Shown here piece after piece: positions 35,283 to 44,177 of a DNA stretch of 64,000 nt; within the stretch, counting starts at the first letter, position 1; each line of letters begins with the position of its first letter. The notes below the pieces were generated by a model, which did not search any database, had not been told where the DNA came from, and was given only the letters and a program-made list of their open reading frames with translations. Location of the stretch: IMG/VR virus record IMGVR_UViG_3300031857_000002, positions 186,001 to 250,000 of that record; one strand, given 5' to 3'. The position numbers and the translations under genes are program-made.

Positions 35283-35534
35283 TTACACTAACTCCTCAAC
35301 AATTCCAAGTATTTCGGCAAGAATCAAAAATGTTCCTGCCATCCATAAATTTCCTAGCACTAAATTGCCGCCGGCAACGATGCGTAATGCGCTTTTGGCC
35401 AGGCTCACATAAAAGTGACCCCGACTGGTATCTTTTGGTTGTATTTCTATCATAGGTGGGTGGTGCGGGCAACGGCCCTGTTTATAGTCACAGTCAGGAG
35501 TGTATTCCTTCCTGCAGATGTTACACTTTGTCAT
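35283..35534 (-). CDS. Small hypothetical protein (CxxC + TM)
   Basis: MTKCNICR...RCPHH followed by a hydrophobic C-terminus. Confidence 0.5.
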   Translation of the reverse strand: MTKCNICRKEYTPDCDYKQGRCPHHPPMIEIQPKDTSRGHFYVSLAKSALRIVAGGNLVLGNLWMAGTFLILAEILGIVEELV

Positions 35535-35769
35535 TGAGCGTTCTCCAGACTTGTGCTTTGTCACGCTCTAGTTGCTGTTCCTCTAGCCACTGATCTTCAG
35601 GAGCATAAGTTGGGCAATTCTTTAACATGCGTTCTAGTGCAAATTGTACACGATACAAGTCTTGTTTGCAAGCCCAAGTGGTGTAACCGTCCATCCTGGG
35701 ATCTGTTGTGGCAAAGTAAATTTTTTGTAATTCGCTGATGATTTCACCAGCATTCCAATTGCGTATCAA
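35521..35769 (-). CDS. Hypothetical protein
   Basis: 82-aa ORF in operon with overlapping start/stop codons. Confidence 0.55.
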   Translation of the reverse strand: MIRNWNAGEIISELQKIYFATTDPRMDGYTTWACKQDLYRVQFALERMLKNCPTYAPEDQWLEEQQLERDKAQVWRTLNDKV

Positions 35770-36170
35770 TTGTGTTGCATCCAGTCGGGTTTGGCCTCCA
35801 CATGGATAGCATCCGAGAATGTGGTATCCTGCGGTTCGTCATCTGATTCCATCATGATGTCTTTGGGATCAACTCTGCGTAGAGTTTGTTTTCCACTTTC
35901 ATCTTCGATATCAATACCACGAGTCCAGCGTCCGTGTTCAACACAGATCCATGTGCCCACTTTGATATCTTTCTGATCAGGCCCCACAGCATACACCCGC
36001 CCCCACCGAGGACGAATGCCTGAACTTTTGCCGTTGTCGGTGGGCAGGATAAGACCCCCACGACTGATACGTTCTTTAAAATTCATATCGCTCACAATCA
36101 CAGCGTCCCGTAAGGGCTTTAGTTGTTCGCGATCAATGCGGTGGGGTTCAAATGCTGCTTTTGCCGTCAT
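35766..36170 (-). CDS. groES: GroES-like co-chaperonin
   Basis: LKPLRDAVIV, RGGLILP, GRVYAVGP, IKVG. Confidence 0.8.
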   Translation of the reverse strand: MTAKAAFEPHRIDREQLKPLRDAVIVSDMNFKERISRGGLILPTDNGKSSGIRPRWGRVYAVGPDQKDIKVGTWICVEHGRWTRGIDIEDESGKQTLRRVDPKDIMMESDDEPQDTTFSDAIHVEAKPDWMQHN

Positions 36171-36173
36171 AGA

Positions 36174-36377
36174 TTACTTTCTGGGTGCGGTTTGTTTGTT
36201 GTATTGTTTGTTGACTTGATCGTTTTTGCTACTGATCACACGATTCATATCGTCAACCATGTCGCCACGTGCATTGACTTTCATGTTGCCTACTGCACGA
36301 ACTTTTTCGTGTTGTAACATAAGTTTGCCCATGTCAACTGGTTTGCCCAGTGCGGTTTTGTAAATTTTTCCTGCCAT
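36174..36377 (-). CDS. Small hypothetical protein
   Basis: 67-aa ORF with AGGAG RBS and TAAATA 18 nt upstream. Confidence 0.65.
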   Translation of the reverse strand: MAGKIYKTALGKPVDMGKLMLQHEKVRAVGNMKVNARGDMVDDMNRVISSKNDQVNKQYNKQTAPRK

Positions 36378-36398
36378 GATATTCTCCTAAACTAATAT

Positions 36399-36911
36399 TT
36401 AACGTAAAAATTCTTCCACGTCTAAATCATAGAACATTGAGTCAATTCTATGTATACCCAGTTTATACAGCACATAACTGCTGACACTTGATCCTCGACC
36501 CACACCCCATATCACATGATTCTCACGCATGACATCCACTAGATATGTCAGGAATCGCAACAGATCAAACAAGCCACGTTCTTGATACAGCATGAGTTCA
36601 TGCCCACAGCGTTGTAGTTCTGCGTCTGTGGTACACAGCGTCAACACATGTTCTGCAATGTCCAATTGTTTGTACTGGTCGGGCATGTGCCATTGCTGTT
36701 GCTGTATGGCATCAAATGATTCCTGATTTAATGGTTCCGTCCAATAGGTAAACGCTGGTACATATTCCAACCAAAAGGCTGCCGCTTCTAGATCCACAGA
36801 GCCATCAACAATCATGGTTTCGCTGATGCTTTCAAGATCGCGATCACACATGATCATACTGATCAAGTCGTTTTCGTCTAGTACAATTTGTCCTACTGTG
36901 TCAGTTTTCAT
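36399..36911 (-). CDS. Stand-alone fragment of DNA polymerase III alpha (DnaE), non-catalytic
   Basis: WGVGRGSSVSSYVLYKLGIHRID...EEFLR matches the DnaE GRGSAAGSLVAY.LGIT.D region; it stops before the PDID catalytic motif. Confidence 0.7.
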   Translation of the reverse strand: MKTDTVGQIVLDENDLISMIMCDRDLESISETMIVDGSVDLEAAAFWLEYVPAFTYWTEPLNQESFDAIQQQQWHMPDQYKQLDIAEHVLTLCTTDAELQRCGHELMLYQERGLFDLLRFLTYLVDVMRENHVIWGVGRGSSVSSYVLYKLGIHRIDSMFYDLDVEEFLR

Positions 36912-37498
36912 TTTTTAGGAAAGTTTCCAAATACCACTGTGTTGCCTGTTTCGGTTGCTTCGCCAGGCCAGGCCAGGCCATATTCTGTCCAGGCGTCGGG
37001 TACAACTTTGACTATGTTGGCGTCAACATTGTTGACGTCCACAGTATTGTGCTTTACGCCCGAATCATGCCACCATCCATCTTGTGCAAAAGGTCCTGCT
37101 GAATCTTCGTCATCATGTTGATACCACACTGAGTCTCCGAGACTAGAACTGATATCCAAACTGCGAACAATCATACGACCTTCCATGATAGAATTTAGCT
37201 TGTAGTATAGCATCATACCTATGATCTGGTCAACAGGTTCTTCGGGCAAGGTGGTAACATTTATGCCCATTAGGTGCATGAGTTCAGCACGTTCTCTTTG
37301 TGCAACATTTATAAACACTGAATGTTCTAGCTCACCAAACACAAATGCCTTTATTCGATCCATAGCAATGTTGGTATCTGTGGGGTCGGCTGTGCCAGTG
37401 ACCAAATTCAAACTCACGGAATAGTGATTCATTTGCATTTGCTCTTCAAAATAAATGCCGCCTAAAAACTCTAGGTCGTATTGTAGTCTAACGTTCAT
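36908..37498 (-). CDS. Hypothetical protein
   Basis: 196-aa ORF overlapping both neighbours by 4 nt. Confidence 0.6.
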   Translation of the reverse strand: MNVRLQYDLEFLGGIYFEEQMQMNHYSVSLNLVTGTADPTDTNIAMDRIKAFVFGELEHSVFINVAQRERAELMHLMGINVTTLPEEPVDQIIGMMLYYKLNSIMEGRMIVRSLDISSSLGDSVWYQHDDEDSAGPFAQDGWWHDSGVKHNTVDVNNVDANIVKVVPDAWTEYGLAWPGEATETGNTVVFGNFPKK

Positions 37499-37725
37499 TG
37501 GATGTCAATCTTATCTTCAAAGGTGGATCCGCTGCCTTTGCGGGCGTCAGTGAGTTTTTGTTGGTATTTGCTTTGAAAACTTTCCAGAGCCATGCGTATC
37601 TGATTGCACATGTGTCCGTTGCCAGAGCGGATGGCCATGTTTAGTTTTCGGTTGAGTTCGTTGATTTTCTCACTGAGTTGGTCCTCAGTGAGATGATCGA
37701 TGTTGCCTATTAGTGGGTGCTCCAT
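37495..37725 (-). CDS. Small hypothetical protein
   Basis: 76-aa ORF directly after a sigma70 promoter. Confidence 0.6.
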   Translation of the reverse strand: MEHPLIGNIDHLTEDQLSEKINELNRKLNMAIRSGNGHMCNQIRMALESFQSKYQQKLTDARKGSGSTFEDKIDIQ

Positions 37726-37731
37726 ACTGTA

Positions 37732-37760
37732 ATTATAATACAGTTAATCAGCAAAGTCAA
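37732..37760 (-). promoter_or_regulatory. sigma70 promoter (ATG 6 nt after -10)
   Basis: TTGACT-N17-TATAAT. Confidence 0.7.
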
Positions 37761-37769
37761 ACGGTTTGG

Positions 37770-39290
37770 TTAATTCCAATTTCCAACTGAAGTTACTGCG
37801 CTGGTGCCAACCGGTGTAAATTTGATATAACTGTTGGTCAACACAGTTGAAACGCCGCCAGGTGCCGCGGCGTTGTATTGAATAAGTGGAGCAACATTAC
37901 CAGCAGAATTGGTTCGTATAGTTCCTCTTAGTGCCACAGAAATATACTCATTGGCAGTAGTTGTGCCTGTGGGAGTAATCTGTGTGGCAGTAACTGATGA
38001 AGATGCTGATCTTGAAAGTGTAGTTGCTCCAGCATTGGGAGCACCTGAGGATGTGGTAACATCAGCCACATAGGCAATATTGGTCACAGGATTTTCAGGA
38101 GTAAACAATATGCTCACGCTGTGTGCTGTTGATGGCGATGCTGTGTTGTTGATCAAGTATAAGCCTTCAAAAAAGTATGTGGTACTGGCGCTGAGTCTTA
38201 TCTGGCCATTGGCTACCACATTGTCAAACACTGGTTGTGCAGATGTGCTTTGTGTGAGTGTGTTAGTAGAGCCAGTGACTATGAACTGTGTTGCCGGAAC
38301 AACACCGCGTTGGTTGGCCAAAGGAGTAAAATACAACGATGTTGTGTCAAACTCGACTGTACCAGCTGTGGCAGTGGTCAGTAAATCACCTGCTACAAAT
38401 TGTAATCCTGGTAACGAACTTGTGCCAATGGTGGGACGTATTCTGGAATTGACATATTGACTGTTAACGCTGTCGTTGCTGATTACGTTGCCCACAGCAC
38501 TCAATACAGTGGCACTGAGTACCGCGCCAGATGCGCTTACAGTTCCAGTGGTTCGTAGATTGCCGCCTGACACATTTCCTGTGGCAATCACTTGTTGTCC
38601 AGCAACCACATTGCCTGTGGCTTGAACATAGCCAGTTCCGCCAAATCCTGCAATTAAATTACCTGTGGCAGTTACGTCGTCAACTTCTAGATCGGCTGCA
38701 GTGAAGTTTGTGAGCGCACGATTCAAGTCAAATATGGTGATTGTGGTGCCACCATCATAGGTGCCAAACGCAAACTCAAATGTTCCTGTGGCACCAAACG
38801 TGATTGTGCCTGCATTGTAGCCTTGCAAGCCACTGGTTCCCAGGGTAACACTTGCTGGCAGTGTAACTGTGTGTGCAATATTGGTGATGTTAAGTTGCAG
38901 TTTGATATAACCGTATGTGGTAGATGTAGGAAAGTTGGTAAAACTCAGTGTAATACTAGCAGTGGTGCTGAGACTCTGATAATGCCCGTTGGCGTAGTTA
39001 ACAGAAACTGCTCCGCCGACACTGCCAATGGTGACCTTGGACGCACTGAAATCTCTAATTAATGCGGCATACAACAAGGTATCATTCATGTTGTTGTTGG
39101 GCGTACCATCAACCCCGGGCAAGGCGCCTTTTAAAATCACCTGGTCTTGTAGGTCTGTAATCTCTTGCTCGGCATATTGAAAGTTAACTTTAGTGTTGGT
39201 GAAGTTGTCACGAAAACCTTGTGAGTTATTGTCTTGTCCGGCAACTGGATAGCCGCCATCGATATTGTTAGGGTTAATTAAACTGGTCAT
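37770..39290 (-). CDS. Tail fibre/baseplate-associated structural protein
   Basis: N-terminal YPVAGQDNNSQGFRDNF shared with 39306-40211; TGN repeats; T/S/G-rich. Confidence 0.7.
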   Translation of the reverse strand: MTSLINPNNIDGGYPVAGQDNNSQGFRDNFTNTKVNFQYAEQEITDLQDQVILKGALPGVDGTPNNNMNDTLLYAALIRDFSASKVTIGSVGGAVSVNYANGHYQSLSTTASITLSFTNFPTSTTYGYIKLQLNITNIAHTVTLPASVTLGTSGLQGYNAGTITFGATGTFEFAFGTYDGGTTITIFDLNRALTNFTAADLEVDDVTATGNLIAGFGGTGYVQATGNVVAGQQVIATGNVSGGNLRTTGTVSASGAVLSATVLSAVGNVISNDSVNSQYVNSRIRPTIGTSSLPGLQFVAGDLLTTATAGTVEFDTTSLYFTPLANQRGVVPATQFIVTGSTNTLTQSTSAQPVFDNVVANGQIRLSASTTYFFEGLYLINNTASPSTAHSVSILFTPENPVTNIAYVADVTTSSGAPNAGATTLSRSASSSVTATQITPTGTTTANEYISVALRGTIRTNSAGNVAPLIQYNAAAPGGVSTVLTNSYIKFTPVGTSAVTSVGNWN

Positions 39291-39305
39291 TTGTTGTCCT
39301 TGTGA

Positions 39306-40211
39306 TTATGCAAACACGCAACCGTTGTTGCCAATGCAGAACCATTTTGAGTTGATGTATTTCAATGTGCAGGCATCACCAATGGTATCAAACGTAATAG
39401 AACCTGTGCCAGAGGATTTCCAACCTGCATTTGTGACTGTGATAACCATATCGCCCCCGTCTGCTAACATAGCCAAAACTTTCACTTGTCCGTTGACTCC
39501 TGCTGGTAATGTAGCAGTTTCTGCGGTACTTGTGCTGAAGTAGCTGTCGCTTACTCCCAGATTAACTACTGCAACATTGGCTACATCTTCAGACGATGCA
39601 TTAAACGGCTGAGTGTTTGTGCTCAATGGAGTAACTGTAAAAGTACCGCCTTGATCTGATGTTATTAATTGATAGGTATGAACGCCTGCAATATTGCTAT
39701 TGGTTCTTGGAAAGCTAAATGTGTTTCCAGACAATCCTATTATGCCTGTGTTGGTATTACCTGCGTTGACATTTGCAATACTTACTGAATATGGTGTTGC
39801 AGTTGTGTTGGCAGCAGTGGCGTTGATACTTAGTGTAAGTACCGCAGTATTATTAGCAATTGGTAGTCCTACCAAATTAATAGCAGTGTTGGCTGTAGGA
39901 TTTAATGTTTGATATGTTGCCACTGTGTAATTAACGTTTGCAGTATTAGCAACATTACCTAGTGGAATATGTGAATATGATTGGTTTTGTAACTTGGCTT
40001 CATAGAGCACAGCACCATTAAGGTCGTTAAACACGTTTCCGCCTGCCTGCACAGTATTTGTTTGCAGGGCAGTGATTTCGTCTTTGGCATATTGTAAATT
40101 TTGCTGGATAGATGCAAAGTTTTGGCGGAAGCCAATGGTGTTGTTGTCCTGTCCTGCTACAGGATACTCGGCATCATAGTTGTTTGATTCTGGATTGATC
40201 TGGCTTGTCAT
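39306..40211 (-). CDS. Structural protein, paralog of 37770-39290 N-domain
   Basis: YPVAGQDNNTIGFRQNF N-terminus; N/T-rich beta composition. Confidence 0.7.
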   Translation of the reverse strand: MTSQINPESNNYDAEYPVAGQDNNTIGFRQNFASIQQNLQYAKDEITALQTNTVQAGGNVFNDLNGAVLYEAKLQNQSYSHIPLGNVANTANVNYTVATYQTLNPTANTAINLVGLPIANNTAVLTLSINATAANTTATPYSVSIANVNAGNTNTGIIGLSGNTFSFPRTNSNIAGVHTYQLITSDQGGTFTVTPLSTNTQPFNASSEDVANVAVVNLGVSDSYFSTSTAETATLPAGVNGQVKVLAMLADGGDMVITVTNAGWKSSGTGSITFDTIGDACTLKYINSKWFCIGNNGCVFA

Positions 40212-40222
40212 TTTTGTCCTTG

Positions 40223-43200
40223 TTACACCAAAATGTTGGTCTTGGGAAATACCAGATATTTATCGTTAGAATCGCCCGGGTTGTACATATCAACTGGTTC
40301 AATGAACTCAACACTGCCGCCATCAAACAAAGTTTCAATAGAATTAGCTGTACCGTTGCCTGTACCTGCACCTGTGGCTGTGAAAATTACACCAACCACA
40401 TTTGCACTGGCTCCAATTGCTACCCAGTTTGTTGTCCCCACTGTAACAATTTGATATCTAGTTCCGATAGTATAAGGAGGAGTGGCTCCAGTTGTGATTA
40501 ATGGCAACCAGCTTATTCTAGTTAATCCTTCGCCAGCAATTGTTGGTCGATATAACTGCGCACTTCTATATTGAGTGCCGCGACTTATTTGCACATATTC
40601 ATTGCTGGCAGTTTGATCAACCAAGGTCAGCGCAACAAGCTCTGTTACAGGGTCCACATTGATTTGATATATTGCCATGCGTTCATTATAGGTGGTTGCA
40701 GTCATGGAACCTGAAGATACAGTAGTTAGATCTATGGTGGTACCGTACATGAGACACGATCCTGAACCTGTGGTCAACGTTTGTGTTACCCCACTAGGAG
40801 CAAGTGATACTGTGATCTGAGCTGTGGTACCCGATATTATGGACACGGTCAAGATGTAGTAAGTGGTGCCTTCAACCAAGCTGCCAAATGTGGTTTGATA
40901 GAACTGTACCGCATCTCCTACATTAAATCCAGTGATGTTAGTCACCGTGATCAAGTTAGTGCTGGCTTCTGTAGCAGTCATCGGTGTGGCCTTGGCCACA
41001 GTGAATGTGGTATTATTTGGCGCAGTAAGAGCCACATACAATCCTGCGGTTATACCGCCAAACACTGATCCGCTGAATGTTACTGGCAATCCAGGGTATA
41101 TCTTGGGCGATCCTGATGTATTTGTATAGGTTATTGTGTTGGTAACGCCATCAGATGCAGTACACGTTAATATGTCGCCACCAGATATTGTGAAACTTTC
41201 GTCAAATGCTGCGCCATCTGCAGAATAAGGACTTTCTCCGTAGAGCACTTCATAGTCCTGAAAGGCAGCATCAGCAGTAGGATAGTTGCTGCCTGGCGGG
41301 CCGTTGAATTCTTCTTGCTTGACAAATATCAGAGTATTGCCATCAATATTCAAAATTTGCCCATCTAGTCCGCCCAGCTCGCTAATGTAAGTTAGAGTTT
41401 TTTGGTTCACATCACTGTAGGCCAAGTTGGTGGCAATACTAACGTTGCCAATGAATGTATTAACTCCAGTGTCAAATCGATCAAATGTGGTGAGATTAGG
41501 TTGCGGTGTCCAGTCCTGTGTGGTTGTGTCCCAGTTTATAGTTAAACTACGATCTAGGATGTAACGATCAACCTTGAAGTCAACTTTGTTCAGTTGCTCG
41601 CCAAACTGATTGTTGAGATAGTAGGCAACTTGTGCACCACGCCCAGGGTTCACATATGAAATTACCCAAGCAGGGGTGAATCCCAACACACGACCATTGG
41701 CTTGTTTGGACGTCATCCACAAGGGTAATCCAGTTGATATCTGACCCACTGTGTCAATAACTTGATCACGCATGTTGTCCAAGCTGTTGGGATACACTTG
41801 AGTTACTACTGTGCTGCCGTCAGCAGGATCAATGATTTCATAAGGTAAATTTACAATTTTGCTCACACTCTCGCCTGCGTTGTTAACCAGGTTGTCAACA
41901 ATACGGCTGTATACCACTTCGTAAATGATGTTGTCGTTGGCATCACGAGCCACGGCAGTTTCTACCTGCCCTAACACTAGATTTTTCCAGTAGTGATTGA
42001 GATACAAACTTTCTACATAAACATCCAGGGCATCAGGGGCTAATCCAAATGCATGCTGATATACCACCTGTGTGCTCTTGCCAAAATTGGGATCTGTGGG
42101 ACGGAAAATGTATTCAGGTACAAAGATGTTGTCGTTGCTGAGCAAGCTGTCAATCAGCTCGCGGTCGTTCTGTGGCGGCATGGCCTGCACATATAAATTC
42201 TGATACGGTGCATTGTACTCGCGGACCACACGCACAGTAAATGTCTTGAACACGCTGACCACGTCTCGTGTGCCAGTGGCTTCCATTACAACCTCAAATA
42301 CAGCATCTGTGGTTGGGGAAGGGCCGGAGACCTTAACCAGTGTAGGAGCATTGGCTGATCCAGTATCACCAGTATATCCTGCACCTCGGTTGGCCACAGC
42401 AACGTTTGTAATTGCACCGCCAACAATAGTTATTGCACCCACCGTGGCCTGTACTGCACTGGCGCCAATGGGAACCGGTAAGAATTGTAACACTGGCGGA
42501 TTGCCGCTGTCATATCCACTTCCGCCATTGATAATGTTTATTTCGCTAACATTGTACAAGATTTGGCGTGTATCTGGGGCAAAGGCGTTGGCAGTAAAGG
42601 TAAACTCGCTGTCCCAAGTGGTGGTGTTATCATCAATAGTAGTAGCACCAAGGTCAATAGCAAAAGTGTTAAAAGTCACACGTCCTGCAATGTCACCTGA
42701 TAGCAATAATTCAAGTCCTTGCGGCAAACTGTTGTACTCACCAGATGCCAGTTGATACTGTAGTTCTCTGCCGCCTCGATTCACAGCTTCAACTCTTAGC
42801 AAACTGGTTTCACCATTGATCAAGGTGCCAAGGTCGGCGTCCGTAAGCCAGGTAATTTCTGTGTCCACAGCACCCACAATGGTCATGGTAAACGGATACG
42901 GTTCGCTGGCCACTATAATTGTACCAGTCATTGATCCTGCACTGGTGGTCAACTCTACCGCAGCGGTTGTGGTAGGATTGGCTGCCACTGTAAATTGTGT
43001 GCCGTTGATTACCGCCAGAACATAATACAAAGTATTGGCATCAGTACTGAGTCCACCTAGCCCTGTGCCAGAAAATTTGATTGGTTGACCAACTCCTAGT
43101 TCAGATGTGCTAGCACAGGTAATTATGTTTGTGGTTGTGGTAGTTGCTGTGCATGTCACAGGAGTACCAATGCCTATGGTCTGGTACACACTGATGTTGA

Positions 43201-44167
43201 AGCTGTACTCTACTTCTGTGGTGCCTTGATCTGGAATATTGCCATAGAACCAGCCTGTGGTTGCATCTAACACCAATCCAGGAGGTAATCCATTACCTTC
43301 ATTTACAGAGATAGCATAGGATATATTTGTAGTGTCATAATCGTTGCCCAGAAATTCATAGGCAAAATAATTGCTACTGCGAATTCTACCAAGATCGCTG
43401 GGACTAGCATTGGTCAAGAATGGTGCGCGGTTGTTGGTTTCGTCTGCTGTTACTTGAGTGTTGTCTGTTGTGATCTGTGTGGTGTCTGCAGTCATTTCAT
43501 TTCGTGCATACACAAACATAGTAAATGTTCTTAGGTCGTTGCTCTTGCCATCTGTAACTTCCAAGGTAAACTGATAAGTTCTGCTTTGGTATTGAGTCAC
43601 AAAGTCGTATGGCTCGGCACTGACGGCTGTTTCGTCATACCCAGGAGTTTGATCAATGGGATTGGCTGGCTCAATATAACCTGTTATAAGACCAGTAGCA
43701 CTGAGTGTAAGCCCGCCAGGTAATGCGCCTGCGGCCAGCGATACTACTGTTACATCAGTTGGGTCCGCATCACTGTATTGTATTTGTATGTTGACTTCGC
43801 CGCCATCGTAAAATGTTCCAATACTGCCAGCTGGAGTAATAAACTGTGGTACATCATTGCCAGTTACTGTGAGCTCAAATGTTCTGTCAGCAATGCGTCC
43901 TGTGGCTGTGGCACGAATAACAAACTTGCTGATCACGTCCTGATTTACAGAAACTGGAACACCTTGAATGCTGGCTGCTGCCTGCGGCACTCCAACAATT
44001 TGTCCTGTTGTGGTACATTGTATACCAGCAGGCAAAGTACCAGCAATCACAGCATAAGTCACAGGGCCTAGATCAGGATCCGTAGCCACAAGATTTTGCT
44101 GATAAAACACGCCTTCGGGTATGACCCCTAGACTCCCAGCCGCAGTTTGCCAAATAGGTTGTGCCAT
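40223..44167 (-). CDS. Large baseplate/tail protein with Ig-like (He_PIG-type) repeats
   Basis: Repeated G.LP.GL.L...G.I.G motifs and repeated CTA...N.IT...F.G modules; 1314 aa. Confidence 0.7.
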   Translation of the reverse strand: MAQPIWQTAAGSLGVIPEGVFYQQNLVATDPDLGPVTYAVIAGTLPAGIQCTTTGQIVGVPQAAASIQGVPVSVNQDVISKFVIRATATGRIADRTFELTVTGNDVPQFITPAGSIGTFYDGGEVNIQIQYSDADPTDVTVVSLAAGALPGGLTLSATGLITGYIEPANPIDQTPGYDETAVSAEPYDFVTQYQSRTYQFTLEVTDGKSNDLRTFTMFVYARNEMTADTTQITTDNTQVTADETNNRAPFLTNASPSDLGRIRSSNYFAYEFLGNDYDTTNISYAISVNEGNGLPPGLVLDATTGWFYGNIPDQGTTEVEYSFNISVYQTIGIGTPVTCTATTTTTNIITCASTSELGVGQPIKFSGTGLGGLSTDANTLYYVLAVINGTQFTVAANPTTTAAVELTTSAGSMTGTIIVASEPYPFTMTIVGAVDTEITWLTDADLGTLINGETSLLRVEAVNRGGRELQYQLASGEYNSLPQGLELLLSGDIAGRVTFNTFAIDLGATTIDDNTTTWDSEFTFTANAFAPDTRQILYNVSEINIINGGSGYDSGNPPVLQFLPVPIGASAVQATVGAITIVGGAITNVAVANRGAGYTGDTGSANAPTLVKVSGPSPTTDAVFEVVMEATGTRDVVSVFKTFTVRVVREYNAPYQNLYVQAMPPQNDRELIDSLLSNDNIFVPEYIFRPTDPNFGKSTQVVYQHAFGLAPDALDVYVESLYLNHYWKNLVLGQVETAVARDANDNIIYEVVYSRIVDNLVNNAGESVSKIVNLPYEIIDPADGSTVVTQVYPNSLDNMRDQVIDTVGQISTGLPLWMTSKQANGRVLGFTPAWVISYVNPGRGAQVAYYLNNQFGEQLNKVDFKVDRYILDRSLTINWDTTTQDWTPQPNLTTFDRFDTGVNTFIGNVSIATNLAYSDVNQKTLTYISELGGLDGQILNIDGNTLIFVKQEEFNGPPGSNYPTADAAFQDYEVLYGESPYSADGAAFDESFTISGGDILTCTASDGVTNTITYTNTSGSPKIYPGLPVTFSGSVFGGITAGLYVALTAPNNTTFTVAKATPMTATEASTNLITVTNITGFNVGDAVQFYQTTFGSLVEGTTYYILTVSIISGTTAQITVSLAPSGVTQTLTTGSGSCLMYGTTIDLTTVSSGSMTATTYNERMAIYQINVDPVTELVALTLVDQTASNEYVQISRGTQYRSAQLYRPTIAGEGLTRISWLPLITTGATPPYTIGTRYQIVTVGTTNWVAIGASANVVGVIFTATGAGTGNGTANSIETLFDGGSVEFIEPVDMYNPGDSNDKYLVFPKTNILV

Positions 44168-44177
44168 GGTTTAAAAA

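Noticed and set aside
36908-37498. QueD/T-fold enzyme suggesting 7-deazaguanine DNA modification
   Set aside because: The resemblance is vague, the catalytic Cys/His pattern is not evident, and no folE, queC, queE or dpdA is in the window.
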